A stretch of 64,000 nt of DNA from Planctomycetota bacterium (lineage in GTDB: Bacteria > Planctomycetota > JAJSAM01 > JAJVHW01). Below are positions 58,273 to 64,000 of this stretch, piece after piece. Position 1 is the stretch's first letter. Every line of letters begins with the position of its first letter. Below the pieces are notes generated by a model. That model made no database searches. It was not told where the DNA came from and saw only the letters and a list, made by a program, of their open reading frames with translations. The stretch spans positions 24,697 to 88,696 of the forward strand of contig JAJRPF010000020.1 in NCBI GenBank assembly GCA_024280885.1. The letters run 5' to 3'. The translations under genes and the position numbers were made by a program.

Positions 58273-59742
58273 ATGCCACTCACGAACATACGACGCTGCG
58301 GGGTGCTCGCGGCAGTCGCTATCGCGACAGTCGCCACTTGTGCCGTTGCTCCGGACATCCAAGCCGAGCACGGAGGCGAGCAGCTCCCCGTAGAGCAGCG
58401 AAGTCGGGTCCACCGTGCGCTGGCCTTGCACGCGTACCAGGATGCGGCGCTGCTAGCGAGCGTGGTGAGCCTTGTGATCTACATGCGCGAGATGAGCGCA
58501 GATCCCGGGAGTGATCTCTCAGAGGAGGTTGCCACTCCGTCCGCGGCGGTCGCCCCGCGCGGTGCGCGCGTGCGTTATCGAATTGCGTTTGCCGAGTCCC
58601 CTGACGGCGCGAAAGGGCTTCTCGCTTGGCCGTCGACTCGCACCAACCTCCTCGGCTACGTCGTGTTCGTGAACACCGACGGGCGAACTTGGTTCGCGCG
58701 AGACACGATCGGCTGCTCCGGCGCCTTCGCGGCGCCGAAGCTCGCGCTGCCGCGCTCGACGTCCGAATCGGAAGGAGGGCGTATCGTCTGGCGCGAGTTT
58801 CGGCACTTCGTCATTTCGGGTCGAGAGGTGACAGACTACTTCTCCGGAATGTGGCCGGTCACCGCGAGCGATTCAAAGATGCTCGGATATCTGGTCGATG
58901 CTGCGCAGCGGTGGGTGAAGAGTGGCGTGACGTCCGATGTGTCGGGGGCGGGCGAACTGCCGGTGGACCGCGGACATGCATCTGTCCTCGTGGCAGAGGA
59001 GTACGTCACCACCGGCCGGATCTCGTTGGCCGATGGGTTCTCGATCTATGACCCGCTGTCGACGTCGGGTCGCTGGACGATTGACCCGATCACCGTGCGC
59101 GCCGCTGTGTGGGGTAGCGAGCGCGGGGTGAGCAACCTTGGGGCCGTAGTGAACGATGTCTGCCACGCCCGCGAGTCCGTCCACGTGCTGCGCGCGCCCG
59201 TGGAGGTCGCGGACGAGGACTCCATGTCGCGCCTTGCGCGCGTCGCCTCGATCCGAGGTCTCACGCGCGTGACGATGGAACGGAACGGGCTGGGAGAAAA
59301 CTCTCAGCGGGTATTCGCGATTGGCGGATCGCCCCTGGTCTTGCCTCGGAGACCTGTGTGCTGGGAGGAGCGCGTCGCGTGGGAGGCGCGTGAGTTCGCG
59401 CTGACGGGTGCCGTCGAATGGGCGAGGCGGGAGTACGGGAAGTCGGATTCGCCGCTGTCAGAGAGCGAAGAGGGGCGGCTGGCGCGTGTGTCGACGGACT
59501 GGTTCGAGGTCGCGTGGCCGCGCGCCGTGGACGAGACGCTTCCCTCGGGCGAGCCGGAAACGGATGTCGTTCCGCTCGCTGTAGCTGGCGCACTGGTGGA
59601 GGCGTTCGAGTCGCCTTCCGCGGGAATACTGTGCCGGGCTCGTTTTTCTCACCCCCCGAGAGCAGGTCTCCTGCGGGAACTCGACCAGAGGGAGTGTCAC
59701 GAACGACGGGGTTCCACCGCCCGCCCGATGTCGCACGCATGA
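58273..59742 (+). CDS. Hypothetical secreted protein
   Basis: MPLTNIRRCGVLAAVAIATVATCAVAPDIQA signal peptide. 489 aa, coherent composition, no recognisable catalytic motif. Confidence 0.5.
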   Translation: MPLTNIRRCGVLAAVAIATVATCAVAPDIQAEHGGEQLPVEQRSRVHRALALHAYQDAALLASVVSLVIYMREMSADPGSDLSEEVATPSAAVAPRGARVRYRIAFAESPDGAKGLLAWPSTRTNLLGYVVFVNTDGRTWFARDTIGCSGAFAAPKLALPRSTSESEGGRIVWREFRHFVISGREVTDYFSGMWPVTASDSKMLGYLVDAAQRWVKSGVTSDVSGAGELPVDRGHASVLVAEEYVTTGRISLADGFSIYDPLSTSGRWTIDPITVRAAVWGSERGVSNLGAVVNDVCHARESVHVLRAPVEVADEDSMSRLARVASIRGLTRVTMERNGLGENSQRVFAIGGSPLVLPRRPVCWEERVAWEAREFALTGAVEWARREYGKSDSPLSESEEGRLARVSTDWFEVAWPRAVDETLPSGEPETDVVPLAVAGALVEAFESPSAGILCRARFSHPPRAGLLRELDQRECHERRGSTARPMSHA

Positions 59743-59770
59743 CCTCGGTCCGCGTGGCTTTCGCCAGCTT

Positions 59771-59847
59771 CGGGGTCGGCACTGACAAGAACGGCGATCC
59801 CGCGCACGCGCCCCGGAGTCGGGCGACAACTGTCCTGACACCGGGGG
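59771..59847. repeat. Copy 2 of the ~70-bp intergenic repeat
   Basis: Follows the stop of the 58273..59742 gene, just as copy 1 follows the 56737..58119 gene. Confidence 0.65.
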
Positions 59848-59951
59848 CCCCGGCACAGGATTCCTCCATGTGAGGAACCGCCCCGCAAGGCGACGCAAGC
59901 GGACCGTGACGTCGCCGTCGCCGCTGATCGCCGACGCGTCAGATCGACGTG

Positions 59952-60164
59952 CTACATCCGTCGGAGCAGGCGGTCGTAGTCAGCGTGGCTACCGATCCAG
60001 AACCAAACGACCTCGTCGCCCTCGAGCAACGCGAGCGCACGGTACCCGAGGCTGATCCGGACGGAGTACACCGGGTCCCGATTGTGGACCTTCTTGAAGT
60101 GCAGGCTCGGATGCTCCGGATCGGCGCGGAACAGCCCGTAGATCTTCTGCGCGGCGTCCCGCAC
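59952..60164 (-). CDS. Type II toxin, RelE/ParE superfamily
   Basis: C-terminal VYSVRISLGYRALALLEGDEVVWFWIGSHADYD matches the RelE/ParE core (..YR.R.GDYR.IY..DD....V..I.HR.D.Y). The start is uncertain (GTG ~60164, giving 70 aa; the track ORF extends to 60368 and overlaps the antitoxin). Confidence 0.55.
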   Translation of the reverse strand: MRDAAQKIYGLFRADPEHPSLHFKKVHNRDPVYSVRISLGYRALALLEGDEVVWFWIGSHADYDRLLRRM

Positions 60165-60216
60165 GTTCGGCGGAGTCCGCGGTACGCCGCCCAGAAGCGC
60201 GGGGTACCGCGTGACC

Positions 60217-60447
60217 TCACAGCGTGTCGGGGTCGAGATCGGACACCCGGCCAGCCGGCCCTTCCGCGCGAGCTTCCGCCGCGAGTTGGCCCAGGGCATC
60301 GTGGGACGGGTTGAATTGCTCCGCCCAAGTGCCCTCGTCGCGGAGTTCCTCGAGAATCCACTTGCCAACGCGATCCTGCTCCTGCGGAGGCAGTGCCGCC
60401 AGCTTGGCGATCGCAGTGTCGAGCGTGCTCGTCATGATCGGGAGCAT
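60217..60447 (-). CDS. Type II antitoxin (RelB/ParD-like) paired with the RelE/ParE toxin
   Basis: MTSTLDTAIAKLAALPPQEQDRVGKWILEELRDEGTW. It sits immediately upstream of the toxin on the same strand. Start at M6 (60447) or M10 (60435). Confidence 0.55.
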   Translation of the reverse strand: MLPIMTSTLDTAIAKLAALPPQEQDRVGKWILEELRDEGTWAEQFNPSHDALGQLAAEARAEGPAGRVSDLDPDTL

Positions 60448-60682
60448 ACCACACGTCGGCAAGTGGCGGCCCGGGCCGCCGCTCGCCGCTGAGCGTTACG
60501 CCGCGGAACTCCGTGCGAGGATCAATTCGTCGACCCGCTCAGCGAAGTGCCCGATCTGATCTTTGACCGTCCCGCGCCCATGAAGACGTCCGCTCCGCGA
60601 AACAGGGAACCCGGACGAATTCTTCGGACGCGTCGCTGGGCCGAAGAATTCATCCGGGTTCAGTAGTTAGCGGGAGCGCGCT

Positions 60683-60823
60683 GCCGCGGCGGCACGGCGC
60701 AGCATCTCCGTCCCCGCTTAGGATACTGAATGACGTTGCGCGCTGCGACGACGCGGTTGACAGGCCGGCGAGCCTGGTCGAAAGTGGAGCGTTCAGATCG
60801 ACGAATTGAGCCTGGCACAGTAT
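60683..60823 (+). repeat. Copy 2 of the ~145-bp direct repeat (TTGACA at 60757-60762)
   Basis: See copy 1. The reading frame of the 60806 ORF opens inside this copy. Confidence 0.8.
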
Positions 60824-61090
60824 GTCGTGGAAGTGAAGTCCGGGCATGCTACGCGGAGCTCCAAACAAGCTCGCATCGACCGCGAGATCGCGGATGGAAC
60901 CACCGACTACGAGTACCATGGAGTCCGTGCTGACGGTGTCTCCATTACTGGCAAGACGAAGAAGGACACGGCTACTGTGCTCGTCAGAGTGGAGGGGGCG
61001 GGAGAGGCGAAGCGAGTGACTTTCGAGTGGGCGAACGGAAGCCCCGACGCTAGCGTCGAGGCCGCATTGCGAGAGGCGTTCCGTGACTGA
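60806..61090 (+). CDS. YraN/UPF0102-like PD-(D/E)xK nuclease fragment (N-terminally truncated), or a small protein of unknown function
   Basis: TTG start inside the repeat. VQIDELSLAQYVVEVKSG...SSKQARIDREIA resembles the D-x11-EVK-x-R...KQ core of YraN-family endonucleases. The frame is closed by the TGA within TTGACA about 45 nt upstream, so the usual N-terminal ~35 aa are absent. Confidence 0.4.
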   Translation: MSLAQYVVEVKSGHATRSSKQARIDREIADGTTDYEYHGVRADGVSITGKTKKDTATVLVRVEGAGEAKRVTFEWANGSPDASVEAALREAFRD

Positions 61091-61724
61091 GAGCGCCAAG
61101 GTGAGCTGGGCAATGCGCAGACTCGATGAGGCGCTGACTGCACGTGGCTTCTCCTTGTACGCGGACCGTTCGGTGTTCTTTCGGCGCGATCGCATCGGAG
61201 TCGCACGAGTGCATTGCTCTCTTCGCATGCTCGGCGCTGACTTCATCGCGAGAGTGAACGTGACGTACCAAGCCAAGCTCGTTGATAGGGTCTTCAAGCG
61301 ATTCGGTGACCGGGCTTTCGGAGGATGGACCTCTGTTCCGCCGCAATGCTATCGCCGTAGCGTGACTCCTCGCGGCTCGGTTGCGGTCTCTCCCAGCGAA
61401 TTCCGGCCTGTGATGGATGACGTGATTCGTCAGACGCTGGAACTGGCCGACCTGGTCGTTGACGCGAGCCAAGAGGCTCCAGCATTCGCCGAGTTCTGCG
61501 AACTGGCGGTTCGACACGAGACCCCCGCTGGCAGACGAACGCCATTGGACGATGCGACTCGATACGCCGTGATCGTTCTGCACGCGACTGTCGGGAGTCT
61601 TGGCGGCGCCCGACGGATGATCGCGCGCCTGCGCGCGGACGCGGCTGTCGAGTCAGACGACGATGCGCTCGCGACAGCGGACTACATCGAGAACTCGATT
61701 CTCCCGGAGTACGAGACATCATGA
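61083..61724 (+). CDS. Hypothetical protein (213 aa), translationally coupled
   Basis: GTG start overlapping the upstream stop (cgtGACTGAgag). Coherent codon usage, no recognised motif. Confidence 0.45.
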   Translation: MTESAKVSWAMRRLDEALTARGFSLYADRSVFFRRDRIGVARVHCSLRMLGADFIARVNVTYQAKLVDRVFKRFGDRAFGGWTSVPPQCYRRSVTPRGSVAVSPSEFRPVMDDVIRQTLELADLVVDASQEAPAFAEFCELAVRHETPAGRRTPLDDATRYAVIVLHATVGSLGGARRMIARLRADAAVESDDDALATADYIENSILPEYETS

Positions 61725-62164
61725 AGCGCGACGTGTACGACAAGGCGAAGTACCACCTACGCGACCCCGTTTTTCGCGACGGCGTCCCCGAGTCGCGCGC
61801 CTACGTTGTGGGTGGCATGCTATTTGGCTGGCTCGCCGCACGCGGGCGCCTGGCGCCGTGGCTGCAGGAAGAGGTGGGAACGGATGCGCAGCGAATCGTG
61901 GACGGCAAGCTGACCGGCCCCCAACTGTGGGAGCGGCTTGGCGGAGTCATGGATCGCGACACGCCACGCGGTGACACGGTGGCGTTCCTGGATTGGCTCT
62001 ACTTCACGAAGCCGAGCCCGTACCACAAGTACGTCGCAGACGAGTTGGCCTCGGATCTTCCGAGCCTGTACCATGTGCAGGGGAGCCGTCGCAATCAGAT
62101 CGCAGTGCTCGAGTTGCTTGATGCTCTGTTGGAGTACTGGGAGACCGACGTCCGCGGCGCCTAA
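61721..62164 (+). CDS. Hypothetical protein (147 aa), translationally coupled
   Basis: ATGA start/stop overlap with the upstream gene. Trp/Tyr-rich (YHLRDPVF...GMLFGWLAARGRLAPW...LDWLYFTKPSPYHKY). Confidence 0.45.
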   Translation: MKRDVYDKAKYHLRDPVFRDGVPESRAYVVGGMLFGWLAARGRLAPWLQEEVGTDAQRIVDGKLTGPQLWERLGGVMDRDTPRGDTVAFLDWLYFTKPSPYHKYVADELASDLPSLYHVQGSRRNQIAVLELLDALLEYWETDVRGA

Positions 62165-62975
62165 CGTCGTTGTGAACCTTGAGCGTACTGTCGCATCAAA
62201 TCTGCACGCCGCAGTCTCGTCAGTTCTCACGTCCGCTCATGATTGAGCGTCGCCGCGCGTGACGGAACTGCAAGTTGCCCCTTCCGGTGGCCCGCGACGA
62301 CCAGCCTGCGGGACCGTTCGACGCCCTGGCCGGCGCTCGCCCGAGGCCACTCACTGCGACGAGCATGCGCCCTCGCTGGATGCGCATTCAGGCTTGCCTC
62401 AAGGCTCTCATGACCGGGTCGGTCGATTCACGGGGGGCAGATCACTCCCCTCCGTCCTCGTCCCGCGAGGCGCGTTCCGGTTCGCCGTCGCGATCGCGGG
62501 CAGCGCCGCGTTGCCGCCCGCTCGTCGTCGCGCATGAGCTCCGAGTAGACGTTGCAGGAGGCACCGCTGCACTGCCGCTGCACTACCGCTGCACAACGTC
62601 GGTCAACTCCTGCCTCTTGTGCGGCTTGTGCAGTTTTCCGCACGCGTAAGTCCTTATTCCATAAGCATCTTACGTTGCTTCGGGAGCAAGAGGCCGGAGG
62701 TGCGGCTCCGCTCTGCGTTCCGCACCTCCACGCGGACCACGATGGATCCTCTTCAGTGCCCGACGTAGAGTGACACTACAGCGCGCTCGAGGCCCCTTGT
62801 CGGTGGCTCCCGGAATCGGTCCACCGCGAGACTCGACCGGGGTCCGCCGCGGCCCGCGAGACAGAGCGGAGCGAATCGAGCCGTGCGAAGCGTAGCGAGC
62901 ACAGACAATTGAGATCTGCCGCATGTTGCGCGGTCGGTCTGCGGAGCAGGCCGCCCCCGCAAGCTGCGGAGCGCG

Positions 62976-63039
62976 GATCGGACCGGGCCGCCCGCCCCGT
63001 CTTGACCTGAGACGCGGCGACTTCTGGCCCGGTCCGATC
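62976..63039 (-). terminator. Long perfect hairpin (14-bp stem GATCGGACCGGGCC / GGCCCGGTCCGATC, ~36-nt loop) just downstream of the minus-strand lipoprotein gene
   Basis: Read directly from the sequence. It lies 22 nt past the stop at 63061. No U-tract follows, so it is a candidate rho-independent-like or processing structure only. Confidence 0.3.
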
Positions 63040-63060
63040 CACGCTCTGCAGATCCGGAGA

Positions 63061-63408
63061 TCACCAGAGCAGGCCGCCGAGGGAGGCGGCGATGTCGAGC
63101 GTGTCGAAGACCGGCGCGTACCACGCGCCGCCGCCGGTGCCGGCTTCGGTGGCCGATCCGCCCATCACGCTGTCGAGGCGTTCGTTCGTCTCGGCGCGCT
63201 GGTCGGCCATCGTCTCGCGCATCTCGGTGACGCCCTCGGGGACCGCGTTGGTCGCGCGGGAGGAGCTGGAGCGCATCTCGTCCACGGAACTGGGCGATCC
63301 GCCGGATGCGCACGCACCCAGGAGAAGCGCACACGGCAAGAGCATGCAGGCGAGGGTGGAGCGGAGCGTCGCTCTGGTCACGGAGGCAGGGTGGTTCAAC
63401 ATCGTCAT
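63061..63408 (-). CDS. Small hypothetical lipoprotein
   Basis: MTMLNHPASVTRATLRSTLACMLLPCALLLGAC lipobox. 115 aa. Confidence 0.45.
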   Translation of the reverse strand: MTMLNHPASVTRATLRSTLACMLLPCALLLGACASGGSPSSVDEMRSSSSRATNAVPEGVTEMRETMADQRAETNERLDSVMGGSATEAGTGGGAWYAPVFDTLDIAASLGGLLW

Positions 63409-63470
63409 GTGAGCGTCATCGGCTGGGTCGCGGCGCCGGGTCCGGCCTGCGCTGAGCCTATCAGAGTGCA

Positions 63471-63992
63471 TCAGAGCTTGTCGAGCAGGTCGCGCCAGCG
63501 CTGCGCCAGCCAGTCTGGATCAGGCACACCCTCGATCACCATCTTGTCGAAAGAGCCGGCGCTGTTCACGACGAACACGGCGGGCGAGAGGCCCTTGAAC
63601 TCGTACTTCTTGTCGCCGAACGCGCTGCCGCGGATCGTGCGGCCGCCCGGGAAGCGCATCCAGACCTCCTTGTCGGCCTTGCCGCACTTGATCGTGACGG
63701 TCTGCGCGGGCTGGAACTTTGGCTCCTCCGAGCCGCACTTCCGCACGAAGCCGATCTCGCCGGGAGGGGCGTCCTTCCACATGTCCGGGCCGAAGAGGAC
63801 GATCGCGTTCTCGCGGAAATCCTCGCGCCCGCCGCCCTTGCCGAGTTGGAAGAAGCTGTTTTGCAGTGTGTAGAGGTAGTAGCGGCGGGGCTCACCCGCC
63901 TCGAAGAACATGACGCCGAGATCGTGGGCCCGCCCGGGCGTCACCTCGACCTGGACCGAGAGGAACTCCGCCTTGAAATGGGCGTCGAGCAT
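63471..63992 (-). CDS. Hypothetical protein (the true start may lie beyond the window edge)
   Basis: 173-aa ORF. Lys-rich, lower-GC coding composition that differs from the junk frames. Ends at 63471, 1 nt from the next gene's start region. Confidence 0.45.
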   Translation of the reverse strand: MLDAHFKAEFLSVQVEVTPGRAHDLGVMFFEAGEPRRYYLYTLQNSFFQLGKGGGREDFRENAIVLFGPDMWKDAPPGEIGFVRKCGSEEPKFQPAQTVTIKCGKADKEVWMRFPGGRTIRGSAFGDKKYEFKGLSPAVFVVNSAGSFDKMVIEGVPDPDWLAQRWRDLLDKL

Positions 63993-64000
63993 GAACGCCC

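Noticed and set aside
60650-61297. 215-aa minus-strand ORF overlapping the coupled plus-strand trio
   Set aside because: Ser/Arg-rich unnatural composition, antisense to three overlapping-start genes with better coding character.
1-64000. CRISPR arrays, rRNA, integrase/transposase genes
   Set aside because: No regularly spaced direct repeats with unique spacers, no rRNA-like conserved stretches, and no recombinase or transposase motifs were seen. The only repeats are the three families described.

Overview
This is a 64-kb window of very GC-rich (~70%) bacterial chromosome with dense coding. The gene content suggests a Myxococcota-like or related Gram-negative lineage, but the taxon cannot be assigned from sequence alone. 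The gene content includes many lipoproteins, TPR proteins, a Ser/Thr kinase with AAA and TPR domains, DUF3857/transglutaminase-like giant proteins, and an Ig-repeat protein with a Planctomycete-type cytochrome c domain. The housekeeping anchors are infA, a minus-strand gatC-gatA-gatB operon, an addB-addA helicase-nuclease pair, an alpha-2-macroglobulin/pbpC pair, two tandem Hsp20 genes and a stand-alone FabH-like KAS III gene. I found no rRNA, tRNA or CRISPR array.

The parts not explained by ordinary genes are these.

- A roughly 105-bp palindromic MITE-like repeat occurs in three copies, and two of them bracket a sialate O-acetylesterase gene that sits divergently from a BNR-repeat protein gene.
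- A second repeat family of about 70 bp follows two lipoprotein genes.
- A 145-bp direct repeat carries a consensus TTGACA hexamer and a conserved mini-ORF. It heads two different gene sets in a low-density, accessory-looking segment at about 56.1-64 kb. That segment also holds an orphan RHH gene, a RelE/ParE toxin-antitoxin pair, a YraN-like PD-(D/E)xK fragment whose reading frame begins inside the repeat, and two translationally coupled small genes of unknown function.
- addB is interrupted by a single in-frame TAG, with nuclease motifs intact on both sides.
- A G14 homopolymer lies inside the CRTAC1-like gene.
- A 15-nt tandem repeat inserts a Ser/Gly/Thr-rich segment into gatA.
- Two tandem giant transglutaminase-like genes are paralogues, one keeping the catalytic Cys and one having lost it.
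- A 0.9-kb non-coding stretch lies upstream of the Hsp20 genes.

Coordinates I read directly off the printed sequence may be off by about 1 nt. CDS ends are taken from the ORF track; starts are chosen from signal-peptide, RBS and homology reasoning.
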